64,000 bases of DNA, taken from NCBI GenBank assembly GCA_963696385.1, contig CAVOKF010000008.1, positions 128,001-192,000 on the forward strand, written 5' to 3'. The stretch's first letter is position 1. Every line of letters begins with the position of its first letter. The notes beneath the pieces were generated by a model that was given only the letters and a program-made list of their open reading frames with translations, was not told the DNA's origin and searched no databases. This document shows positions 1 through 8,878 of this stretch, piece by piece. A program made the translations under genes and the position numbers. This stretch comes from an uncultured delta proteobacterium. GTDB lineage: Bacteria; Myxococcota_A; Polyangia; Polyangiales; Polyangiaceae.

Positions 1-466
1 ACAAGCGACCGCCGAACGCCTCCTTCAAGCGACCGATGCCCATCGCGTCTGCCGGAGGTACCAGGCACCAGAGTCCGGACGCCCGCGCGCACACGCGATC
101 GATCGGAACTCCGGCGAATTGATTGCGAGGCACGCCCTCATCCGGCTTGCGGGGCGTACCCTTAGGATGTCGGAAGTGGCTCTCGGTGAGCAGTCGGCAC
201 AGGTTGGCGTACCCTTCGAGCGTGGCGACGTGCAGCCAGAGCGATTGCAGCGGGCTGTCGTCGATAGCCAACTCGCAGCCGACCACCAGACGCATCCCCG
301 CTTGCTCCGCAGCTTCGAGCGCCCGCACCATCCCGTAAAGTCCGTCGCAATCCGCGATGCCCATCGTGTCGTAGTCGAGTTCGACCGCACGTCGCACGAG
401 CGCCTTCGGCGCCGAGCCACCTCGAAGCATCGAGAAGTGCGTCCGCGCAGCAATTTCGACGAACAC
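1..466 (-). CDS. dnaE2: Error-prone DNA polymerase DnaE2 (ImuC), N-terminal PHP region; runs off the window edge
   Basis: Not in the ORF track. Manual translation from GTG at 466 gives MFVEIAARTHFSMLRGGSAPKALVRRAVELDYDTMGIADCDGLYGMVRALEAAEQAGMRLVVGCEL...EGYANLCRLLTESH, a typical DnaE2 PHP start. Open to position 1 and downstream of imuA-imuB. Confidence 0.9.
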   Translation of the reverse strand, partial: MFVEIAARTHFSMLRGGSAPKALVRRAVELDYDTMGIADCDGLYGMVRALEAAEQAGMRLVVGCELAIDDSPLQSLWLHVATLEGYANLCRLLTESHFRHPKGTPRKPDEGVPRNQFAGVPIDRVCARASGLWCLVPPADAMGIGRLKEAFGGRL

Positions 467-503
467 GGCGGGACCGGATGCAACGAGGAGCTCGAGCGGT
501 GCT

Positions 504-2084
504 CTAGCGTCCCGCCCTCTCGCGCACGATTCCGAGCAGGATGTCGGTGTCGAACGGCTTGCTGAGTCGACGGTTCGGAACCCTTGCCAGAAAGTCTTGC
601 GCTCGTGCCGTGAACACACCGCCGGTCACGAACACCATGCGTTCCGCTTGGGTCGGGTCGATGACCCTGAGTGTGTCGTGAAGCGCCTGGCCATCCATGT
701 CGGGAAGCATCAGATCGCAAAAGAGGACATCGAACCGATCGCCGGCCTCGATGCACGCCAGCGCGTCGCGGGCACGGGTCACAGCCACGACCTCGCACCA
801 TTTACTCAGCAGCCGTTCAAGCGCAAAGCAGACGCTTGGCTCATCATCGACGATCAACGCACGCACTCGCCGAACGTCGCCCGAAACCGCCGGCGCGGAG
901 CCATCGCGCGCTTGCGCCTTGCCGATCGCGGCGGCATCGGTCGACTCCCGCACGGCGGGCAGATCCACGCGAAACGTCGTTCCCACCCCAACCTCGGTCT
1001 CGAAGCTGAGCATCCCGCCGAGCGAAGTCACGATGCCATGGCAGATCGCAAGCCCCAGTCCCGTACCGATGCCCACCGGTTTGGTCGTGAAGAAGGGCTC
1101 GAAAATGCGTCCCCGTACCTGGGTCGGAATGCCCACACCGTTGTCTTTCACTTCGATGACGACGCGCTCGACTCCCGACGCTTTGACGACGACTCGAATG
1201 TCGTTGGACGATGGCCGGTCTTCGGGCAACGATTGAACCGCGTTCATGAGCAGGTTCAGAAACACCTGTCCGAGCCGCGCCTCGTTCGCGAACACGTTCG
1301 GGACCTGCGCGTAGTCTTTGATGAGCCGCGCCCGATGCCGGATCTCGTTATGGACCATCGCCAGTGTAGCGTCGAGCACGCAGACGACGTCGAGAGACTG
1401 GCGCGTGTCGTTGTCGGGCCGCGAGAATGTCTTCAAGCCACGGACGATGTCGCGGATGCGTTCGGCCCCGCTTCGCGCGTGGTCGAGCGATAGCCTCAAT
1501 TCGCGCGTACGATCGTCGGCGCGGTCCGACAGTAGGTCCGTAATTTCGTCGCTGACGTATTGAATATTCAAAAGCACGTAAGCGAGCGGATTGTTGATTT
1601 CATGCGCGACGCCCGCCGCCAATGTACCGAGCGACGTGAGCCGGTCGGTCATCGCCAAACCCGCTTGGAGATCGCGATGTTCGCTTTCGACCAGAAGTTG
1701 GTCGATCGTGTCGATCAGCGTATCGTAATCGACCGGCTTTTTGAGGTAAGCCTCGGCATCGATCGCAGCCGCCTTGGCGGTCGCGTCCGCGCTGAGGGCA
1801 AGGACGGGAATGCTCGCGAACTGCGGATCGCCTTTCTGGACAACACGGAACTGCCAACCATCCATGACCGGCATCATCAGATCGAGCAAGATCAAATCGG
1901 GTTTCGGCGACATGCGCAGCCAGTCGAGCGCCTCACGGCCGTTCGAGCACCCTGCAACGCGAAAGCCTTCCATGGACAGTAGGCTGCCGAGCGCATCACG
2001 GATATCCGGGTCGTCTTCGACGACGAGCAACGAACGAGAAGCGGCACGCTGTTCGAATCCCGGCGATCGCATGGGGTCGATCAT
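504..2084 (-). CDS. Cytoplasmic hybrid histidine kinase (REC-HisKA-HATPase-REC)
   Basis: N-terminal REC (LVVEDD, LLDLMMPVMDG), H-box AHEINNPL, N-box QVFLNLLMNA, G-boxes DNGVGI/FFTTK/GTGLGL, C-terminal REC (IVDDE, CDLMLPDMDG, KPF). No TM or sensor domain. Start uncertain (2084 or 2072). Confidence 0.93.
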   Translation of the reverse strand: MIDPMRSPGFEQRAASRSLLVVEDDPDIRDALGSLLSMEGFRVAGCSNGREALDWLRMSPKPDLILLDLMMPVMDGWQFRVVQKGDPQFASIPVLALSADATAKAAAIDAEAYLKKPVDYDTLIDTIDQLLVESEHRDLQAGLAMTDRLTSLGTLAAGVAHEINNPLAYVLLNIQYVSDEITDLLSDRADDRTRELRLSLDHARSGAERIRDIVRGLKTFSRPDNDTRQSLDVVCVLDATLAMVHNEIRHRARLIKDYAQVPNVFANEARLGQVFLNLLMNAVQSLPEDRPSSNDIRVVVKASGVERVVIEVKDNGVGIPTQVRGRIFEPFFTTKPVGIGTGLGLAICHGIVTSLGGMLSFETEVGVGTTFRVDLPAVRESTDAAAIGKAQARDGSAPAVSGDVRRVRALIVDDEPSVCFALERLLSKWCEVVAVTRARDALACIEAGDRFDVLFCDLMLPDMDGQALHDTLRVIDPTQAERMVFVTGGVFTARAQDFLARVPNRRLSKPFDTDILLGIVRERAGR

Positions 2085-2137
2085 CGGGCGACGACCGTAG
2101 CGTGTCGACGTGCATTTCGATTGAGAGGCAATTTGCC

Positions 2138-3829
2138 TCAATCGAACCATCCTCGAAGCGTGGCGCTCTCATCGATTCGTCGGCCGGGTGGACGCGGTTC
2201 ACCCAGCTTTGCTGGCGCAACCTGTCCCGAGCACAACGCGATCTCGACCCATGCGAGAGCGCTTCCGTAACGTCCCGACGGGTCCACTTTCAACCATACC
2301 GCGGCGAGATCTCGCCGACCCGCGTCGCGACGCCGCCACCATTGAACCGCGTCGATGCGCGCGAGAAGATCCAAATCGGCCAGCCCCTCGGAAGGCACCC
2401 GAACCGGGCCAACGAGGCGCGATGGTTCGATGGCCGAGGTCACCAACGCGTGCCGTCCCGCATGCCCCAAGCCTCGCGGAACACCGAACGGCACGAGCCG
2501 CGTCCGCTCGTCGGGCACCCACGTGTCGTTCAACTCGAGCGTGCCGACGTTTGCCGCGCCGAGGTCGGCCGCCAGTTCGGCGACGAGCCGTGGAAGCGCT
2601 CGATCGGCTTTCGGTTCGGGCGTGAGCAGGTCGATCGTACGCGGGGCCGAAACCGCGAGATCCGGCGCGCGAAGGGTCACTGCGACGACGGGAGCGGCCA
2701 ACACTTCGCGTTCCAGACGGATCCGGGCGACGGCCAGCAAATCCGAAGCACACGCGACAGGCGCGGGAAGAACGATATCGAGAATCGATTGGCATCCGGC
2801 GTCACCGCTGCGCGGAGGTTCGAGCGTGAGAACGATCTCGATCCGCGACGCCGCCATGGCCCGTCCCTCGAGGCGCACGGCCAGCCGATCGCAAAGCGTC
2901 TTGGTCACGAAGGTGATGGACTCGACCGACGACGCAGCCCAATCGAGATCGATGCGCTCTTCAGGCACCGGGGGAGGACGCCACGCTTCGAGCGGCGATC
3001 GGTCTTCTCCGGCCAGCATGGGCATCACGTCGTACGCCCGGCCGCCGAGCCTCGTGCCCAGAGCGCGACGCGGAAGTTTTTGCAAATCACCGCACGTGCG
3101 CAAACCGAGATTCGTGAGCCAAGCCACGACGTCGTCGTCGAGCCGGAGCGCCTCGAGCGGCAGGATGCTCACGGCAGAAGCCCCCTGCCCTTCGGGTACG
3201 AGGATCGGGGTCGATTCTCGTCGATCCGTCCGACCGTTCGCGACGGCGGCTTGCTGCCCGGGCCGGCGAACCTTTCGAACGGGCGCGAAGCGCGCGACAG
3301 CCGCTGCGATACGAGGCCCTTCGGCGATCGCGATCCGACATGCATGACCCAGATCGCGAACGCGATCTTCGAGGGCTTGCGCGAGACCGTACTCGCCTCC
3401 GCACAAATGGGCGCAACCGCTCACCTCGACCCACACGACGTCTTGCGCGATATCGAATGCGACCGCAGGGCCAAACGAGAGCGCCAGTTCGGCCACGCGC
3501 ATCAGCGCCGATCGCACGGCCTCTTCCGCAACGACACGAACCCGCAAGTCCGAGCATTTGGCCCGGGCTGCCGCCACCGTGTGCCCCGGCCGTACGCCCA
3601 GCGCGCGTGCCTCTTCGGACACGACGTCGAGTCGTGTCCCCCCGATCACGTCGCGGTCGGTCTTCAGGGTACCGCCGGAGCGTGCGACGATGACGGCAAC
3701 GGGAGACGATCGGATCGAGTTCGAAACGACGGGCGAGCGTCCTTGTCCTGGCGCACGTCCGCCTTGGCCATCGGCTCTTGCGATCTCGACGCGAATCTCG
3801 GGAAGCGCCACGCAGGCGATGCGGCGCAT
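2138..3829 (-). CDS. imuB: ImuB, catalytically inactive Y-family DNA polymerase
   Basis: MRRIACVALP start; VSEEARALGVRPGHTVAAARAKC; LGLRTCGDLQKLPRRALGTRLG; follows imuA by 2 nt. Confidence 0.88.
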   Translation of the reverse strand: MRRIACVALPEIRVEIARADGQGGRAPGQGRSPVVSNSIRSSPVAVIVARSGGTLKTDRDVIGGTRLDVVSEEARALGVRPGHTVAAARAKCSDLRVRVVAEEAVRSALMRVAELALSFGPAVAFDIAQDVVWVEVSGCAHLCGGEYGLAQALEDRVRDLGHACRIAIAEGPRIAAAVARFAPVRKVRRPGQQAAVANGRTDRRESTPILVPEGQGASAVSILPLEALRLDDDVVAWLTNLGLRTCGDLQKLPRRALGTRLGGRAYDVMPMLAGEDRSPLEAWRPPPVPEERIDLDWAASSVESITFVTKTLCDRLAVRLEGRAMAASRIEIVLTLEPPRSGDAGCQSILDIVLPAPVACASDLLAVARIRLEREVLAAPVVAVTLRAPDLAVSAPRTIDLLTPEPKADRALPRLVAELAADLGAANVGTLELNDTWVPDERTRLVPFGVPRGLGHAGRHALVTSAIEPSRLVGPVRVPSEGLADLDLLARIDAVQWWRRRDAGRRDLAAVWLKVDPSGRYGSALAWVEIALCSGQVAPAKLGEPRPPGRRIDESATLRGWFD

Positions 3830-3831
3830 GA

Positions 3832-4575
3832 TCAACCCGCCGTCGCGCGTGTGACAGGGTAAAATGGGACCGTCTTGGCCAGCCCGACGCGCCCGCGCCG
3901 GTCTTTTGCGATACGAACCGCGAGGTCGGTCCGACTCGGTCGCGAGAGTTCGAGTCGCAACGCGACCGGCCAAACGACCGCGCGCGAACGGGTCGAATCC
4001 GTCAACAGGAAGACCGAGGCACCGCTCGGCTCGGCCGCGAGCGCCAGCTTTCGAACGAGAACCTCGGGAGATCCGGCGTGGGCGCCCGTGGGTTGCCGCC
4101 CCCCCCGCGTCAGGGACGCGGACGAAACCGGCGAAGCCCCCATCACCGCATCAAAATCGATGACGACGACTTCGAAAGCACCCGATAAAACGATCTTCAC
4201 CGCGACGCGACCCAAGTCTGCGCGCGGCGGATGCACGACCAACATTCGTGCGAGATCAACCCCGGAAGCGACCACCCCCGGCGCGTGCAACGTCGCCTCC
4301 GGATCAATCCAAGCCGACCAGGCGGTGAGCGCCCTCGATTGGCTGGCACGTACAGCCGTGAGCGCGACGCTCGTGGCTCCTCCCAATGCGCGGGGGGCCG
4401 TAAGCTCCACCACCCCACGCGGCAGCCCTCCGTCGGGCAGAATGTCGTTCAGGCCCGGCCAAGCCAGCGATAGGAGAGGTCGGCCCCCTTCTTCGGAGGC
4501 CGTGCCCAGCCTGCGACGACCCAGGCGGGCAAGTAGCTTCTCGACGTCTTCGTGGATGGCAACCGAGGCACCCAT
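3832..4575 (-). CDS. imuA: ImuA, RecA-like mutasome component
   Basis: LNDILPDGGLPRGVVEL, AWIDPEATLHAPG...GVDLARMLVV, SGAFEVVVID; degenerate Walker A; immediately upstream of imuB. Exact start uncertain. Confidence 0.85.
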   Translation of the reverse strand: MGASVAIHEDVEKLLARLGRRRLGTASEEGGRPLLSLAWPGLNDILPDGGLPRGVVELTAPRALGGATSVALTAVRASQSRALTAWSAWIDPEATLHAPGVVASGVDLARMLVVHPPRADLGRVAVKIVLSGAFEVVVIDFDAVMGASPVSSASLTRGGRQPTGAHAGSPEVLVRKLALAAEPSGASVFLLTDSTRSRAVVWPVALRLELSRPSRTDLAVRIAKDRRGRVGLAKTVPFYPVTRATAG

Positions 4576-4578
4576 AAT

Positions 4579-4595
4579 ACTGAACAAGATAGCAG
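4579..4595 (-). promoter_or_regulatory. Putative LexA (SOS) box, Myxococcus type
   Basis: Minus strand CTGCTATCTTGTTCAGT matches 14/17 positions of the M. xanthus consensus CTRHAMRYBYGTTCAGS. It abuts a TATTAT -10-like hexamer just 5' of imuA. Confidence 0.7.
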
Positions 4596-4640
4596 GTCCG
4601 ATCGAGACCGCCAAGGGGTGCTACGTTGCCTCGCCGGCAG

Positions 4641-4723
4641 GACTTGCCGGTCTCCGATCTGCCCGTCTCAGACTTGCCGGTAGGGCCCGGCCGCACGGAT
4701 CTCGGCAGGACCTTCCGATCGGA
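4641..4723. repeat. Imperfect 15-bp tandem repeat (GACTTGCCGGTCTCC-like), 3 adjacent copies plus 1 dispersed
   Basis: Copies at 4641-4655, 4656-4670, 4671-4685 and 4709-4723, in the imuA/larE intergenic region. Confidence 0.6.
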
Positions 4724-4760
4724 CCGCCGGCCACTCACACGCAGCGCAGCCCTTTCCGCC

Positions 4761-5627
4761 ATGGCGACATCCATGCCCCCCGATCCTCAGATCCATTCGC
4801 TTCGCGAGCTCCTACGCGCCATGGGATCGGTGCTCGTGTGCTATTCGGGCGGAGTCGACAGTGCGTTCGTGCTGGCCGTCGCACACGACGTCCTCGGCCG
4901 ATCCGGCGCAGTCGGGATGACGGCCGTGTCAGCCAGTCTCGCCCCCTTCGAGAGGGAAGCCGCCGTCGCCGTGGCCAAGCAGATCGGCGCCCGTCACGAG
5001 CTCGTCGAGTCTCATGAAATGGATCGTCCGGCCTACGTCGCCAACGGCCCGGACCGCTGCTTTCATTGCAAGTCCGAGCTTTACGAAATCGCCGCCATCA
5101 AAGCCCGATCCTGGGGCCTCAACCACGTGATCAACGGCACCAACGTCGACGATCTAGGCGATTACCGGCCCGGCCTCGACGCCGCAAAAGCCGCCTCCGT
5201 GCGAAGCGTCCTCGTCGAGTGCGGCTTCCGCAAAGAAGACGTGCGACGCGGCTCGCGTCTCTTGGGTCTGGCGATCTGGGACAAGCCCGCGAGCGCCTGC
5301 CTCTCGAGCCGCATCCCTTACGGCACGCACGTCACTCGCGAACGCCTCGCGCAAATCGGCGGCTTCGAAGCCGAGTTGCACGCGCTCGGCCTGCGGCAAG
5401 TGCGCGTGCGCTGGCATCGGCTGGGCGAGGGCGCATCGTCGTCCGAACTTGCACTGGGCCGCGTCGAGGTGGCCCGCGACGAGATCGGTGTCGCGTTCGA
5501 TCGGCGCGACGCGATCGTCGAAGCGGGCAAACGATTCGGCTTCACCTACGTGACGTTGGACCTACAGGGGTACCGCGTAGGCAGCCACAACGACGTTCTC
5601 GTCGGCAGGAGCCTACGGGTGGTGTGA
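4761..5627 (+). CDS. larE: ATP-dependent sulfur transferase LarE (PP-loop family)
   Basis: YSGGVDS PP-loop, DRCFHCK, NGTNVDDLGDYRPG, WDKPASACLSSRIPYG, VTLDLQGYR. Confidence 0.92.
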   Translation: MATSMPPDPQIHSLRELLRAMGSVLVCYSGGVDSAFVLAVAHDVLGRSGAVGMTAVSASLAPFEREAAVAVAKQIGARHELVESHEMDRPAYVANGPDRCFHCKSELYEIAAIKARSWGLNHVINGTNVDDLGDYRPGLDAAKAASVRSVLVECGFRKEDVRRGSRLLGLAIWDKPASACLSSRIPYGTHVTRERLAQIGGFEAELHALGLRQVRVRWHRLGEGASSSELALGRVEVARDEIGVAFDRRDAIVEAGKRFGFTYVTLDLQGYRVGSHNDVLVGRSLRVV

Positions 5628-5684
5628 AGCGAGGCAGAACCCGGCCGCAACGGGCCCGCCTCGGACATGCCGGCCTCGGGCAGG

Positions 5685-6913
5685 TCACCCCGCATGCTGC
5701 AGCCGCCACGTCGCTGCGACACCTTGAACGACCGGAATGCGCAGCCCCGGATTCGGGTGGGTACGCAAGAAGCCGAGCCAAGGATTTGCACCGGAGGCCC
5801 GTTCGAGCCGCGCAAAGAAGTCGAGGAGCCACAGGCCCCCCTCTTCGGTCCATCGATACGATCGCGCCGAGCGCGCAAGACCGGCGTCGAGCGTATTCAC
5901 GCAGCCGCTCGTATCGGCAGCCATCTCGTTGGGCTGATTCAATCCGGGAAGCACGGACGCCGCCAACTGGCCGATTCGCGCGATCGCCGGGCCGGGACCC
6001 GCGGATGGCCCGTTCGCACAACCGGTGTGTCCCAAGTAGTGGTGGGACAGCTCGTGACCGAAGGTAAACGCCACGATCTCGTCGAATATCTCGTGGGCGC
6101 GCGAGATGCGCCGCGGGTCGAGCCAAACCTGGACGGGGATCCCCCCACCGGAAGCATGGCGCTGCCGCCCTCCTTCGAAACGAGTCGCGGCGCGACGACG
6201 GAAACGTAGGCCGCGTATGTCTGCGTCCCGTACATCTCGTCGGTTGCCTTGGTTTGCGAGATGGCATCGATCGCTTCGAGCAAACCTTCGGTCCCCGCGA
6301 TGAACGGAGCACCGCCGTCGTCGCATCCCGCGAACGCATTCACTTCGTTCGGATTCGGATCCACGACGAGCGGAACGGTGACCACCCGGGCAGCGTTCGC
6401 CGGGCTCAGCGAACGGACGATCTCTTGGATGACGGCGCGCGATTCGGCTTGCCAGGCCGCTGGACCCAGAAGCGGGCCGAGCAGCGGCCTGGTTGCAGTT
6501 CCCGGTAGCGGTTGCGCCGCCGAGGGGCCCGACGGCATGGGGGGAAAGGGAAACAAAATCGGCGGCGGTGCGGAGCTCGGGCTCGGCGACAAGAACGCGC
6601 GGGCGGGCGCAGCATACGGCAGCGGCCAAGCGGGGGACGCCAGCTGGCCGGGGGGCTGCGGCGCCGCCGCCGACGAAGCCCCCACCGCAGGCGACGCGTA
6701 ACCCTGCGCGGGCGGCGGGATGGACCGAGGCGGCGGCTGGGGTACCGATTCGCAGGCGAACCCGCATGCAGCGCCGAGCGCGATGCAGACCCAAGCGACG
6801 AAAGCGTTCGACCTCGACCTCGATCCCGACCTCGATCCCGACCTCGATCCCGACCCGCGGGCCGCGAGAACCCCTCGGACCGCGACGGTCCGCGGTGCGA
6901 TCGGAGGCCTCAC
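5685..6913 (-). CDS. M48-family zinc metallopeptidase, putative lipoprotein; frameshift near 6145
   Basis: 5' frame (6913..) has a signal/lipobox region (ALGAACGFAC), a Pro-rich linker and EVNAFA. 3' frame (..5685) has GHELSHH, NEMAAD and RTHP. The frame switch falls in a G6 homopolymer. GTG overlaps the kinase stop. Confidence 0.8.
6816..6851. repeat. 12-bp tandem repeat x3 (GACCTCGATCCC), encoding (SGSR)n in the N-terminus of the M48 protein
   Basis: Three perfect copies visible in the sequence. Confidence 0.85.
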
Positions 6914-8646
6914 GTGGATCCCTCGGCTTTGGCGACACTCCCGCCGACGGCACGCAAGGCGTGGGCGAAAGACCGCGCGTCATGGAAGCGATCCTCGGGG
7001 CGCACGGCAAGCGCCCGGTCGATGATGGCCCGCCACGCCGGTGGCACGCGCGTCGCCGCGTCTTGGGTCCCCGGGTCGCGACGCGAAAACGAGGTCGCGC
7101 GCATGACCGTGCCGCTCGGCGTCAGCGGCGGCGGAGGCTCGCCGACCAGACACTCGTAGAGGACCGCACCGAGCGCGAACAGATCGCTGCGTGCATCGAC
7201 GTTCGCGTCGCCCGCTTCTTGTTCGGGCGACATATAGCCGGGCGTACCCAGTGGACCGCCCGTGTTCGTGATGCGCGTCTCTTCCCACTCGACACGGGCG
7301 ATGCCGAAGTCGATGAGCTTGGCCCGCTCGGCGCCCGAGGCATCGTCGCGATCGATGCTGAGGTAAATATTGGACGGCTTGAGGTCGCGATGCACGACGC
7401 CCGCCGCGTGCACGGCGGCGAGCGCCTCGCAGACCTGCATGGCAATCGGCCACAGCTCGACCGCCGTAAGCCGTCCCTTCGCGTGAAGGCGGGCTGCGAG
7501 AGACTCGCCGCTCAGCAGTTCCATCGCGAGGTAAGCGGTGCCGTCCGCGAGGCGACCGTGATCGATCACTTCGACGACGTTCGGATGCCACGCCAGGCCC
7601 AAGGCCTCGGCTTCGCGCCGCAACCGATCGCTCGCCACGGCTTCGTGTGCCGCAGCCGCACGCAACAACTTGATGGCCACGGGCAAACCGTCGGAGCTTC
7701 TTACGGCCTCGTAGATGACACCGGTCGCGCCCGATCCCATCTGGCGGACGACCCGGTATTGACCCGCGACCACCGTGCCTTCGAGCTGCCCGCCCGCTTC
7801 TCGCTCGTGCGACTCTTTGAGCGACAAGCTCCGCTCCAGCGCAAGCACCCGGATCCGCTGGGCCTCGCTCTCGGTCCGACGCAGCTGCTCGCGAGCACGG
7901 ATGAAGCCGCCGATCAGGCCGGTTGCAGCGCCAACCCCCGCCACGGCCACGTCGAGATCGAACGCAGCCAAGCGAATCGCCAAGGGCAGCGATCCGAGCG
8001 CCAGACCCGCCGCCCCGCCGATGGCCGCGCTCCGGCGCACGTTCGGAACGGACCACCATACCTCGAAATCCTGCGTGAGCACGCTCGCGCGGTCGACCGC
8101 ATCCGGCATCGACGCCGCACCCGCGCCGCGGAAGCCGAAGATCGCCGGCACCGCCGCAAGCTCGGCGAGACGCGCGAGGCGCAGCAACCCGTCGTGCTCG
8201 AGCGACGGGTCGTGCGCGATGGTCACACGACCGCGCCACGACCCGCGGCCTACGGCTGTCGTCTCCCAGCGCGTCGTACAGCCCTGCTGGCTGTCTCCGG
8301 AGTCGAGGCGAGCGAACGCTTCGGCCGGCTCCGACGTGCCCCGGAGAACGCGCACCCAGAACGCGAGGTTGTCCGGCGCGACCAGCTGCGCCGTGATGTG
8401 CGGAATGGACTCGCGCGAGGAGAACTCGGCGAATACGACGAGCGCCCGATGCAGAGACGTCAGCGGCACCGGCCGCGTCTCGTCGTCCATGTCGTCTCGC
8501 ACCATGCGAATGTTTCGCAACCAGGTATCCGCGACGGCCGCCCCCTTCTCCGCCGAAAGGGCCCGGAACAGCGCTTTGAGCAAGGCGGTGCTGGTTTGGC
8601 CGGCGGGAAAGCTGCGCTGGTTCATGAACGACGGAGACACGTTCAC
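6910..8646 (-). CDS. Membrane-anchored Hanks-type Ser/Thr protein kinase with an N-terminal domain of unknown function
   Basis: GSGATGVIY, VAIK, HRDLKPSN, DFG, GTPGYMSPE, RSDLFALG; two hydrophobic segments precede the kinase domain. Confidence 0.93.
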   Translation of the reverse strand: MNVSPSFMNQRSFPAGQTSTALLKALFRALSAEKGAAVADTWLRNIRMVRDDMDDETRPVPLTSLHRALVVFAEFSSRESIPHITAQLVAPDNLAFWVRVLRGTSEPAEAFARLDSGDSQQGCTTRWETTAVGRGSWRGRVTIAHDPSLEHDGLLRLARLAELAAVPAIFGFRGAGAASMPDAVDRASVLTQDFEVWWSVPNVRRSAAIGGAAGLALGSLPLAIRLAAFDLDVAVAGVGAATGLIGGFIRAREQLRRTESEAQRIRVLALERSLSLKESHEREAGGQLEGTVVAGQYRVVRQMGSGATGVIYEAVRSSDGLPVAIKLLRAAAAHEAVASDRLRREAEALGLAWHPNVVEVIDHGRLADGTAYLAMELLSGESLAARLHAKGRLTAVELWPIAMQVCEALAAVHAAGVVHRDLKPSNIYLSIDRDDASGAERAKLIDFGIARVEWEETRITNTGGPLGTPGYMSPEQEAGDANVDARSDLFALGAVLYECLVGEPPPPLTPSGTVMRATSFSRRDPGTQDAATRVPPAWRAIIDRALAVRPEDRFHDARSFAHALRAVGGSVAKAEGST

Positions 8647-8878
8647 TCCTGGCGTCCGGTCGGGGATGAACGCGGTAGGGCAGCTACCTGGGTGTGTGTC
8701 CCGGGATTCATCGGAGCCATGCTATCGCACGGCAAGGCGATGCACCGCAGTCTCGTTGGCGGAACCGTTCGAAGGCGGCGCGCAAGCCTGCCGGGCGCGG
8801 TCGTCGTCGATCGAGAGAAGGTCGTGCGGCGCAAAAGCGACGAGGTGCATCGAAACGGGCTCGGGCGAGAGGCTTAGA

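Noticed and set aside
2051..2062. GTTCGAATCC tRNA T-loop-like motif (similar one at ~11852)
   Set aside because: Inside protein-coding genes; no cloverleaf or acceptor stem.
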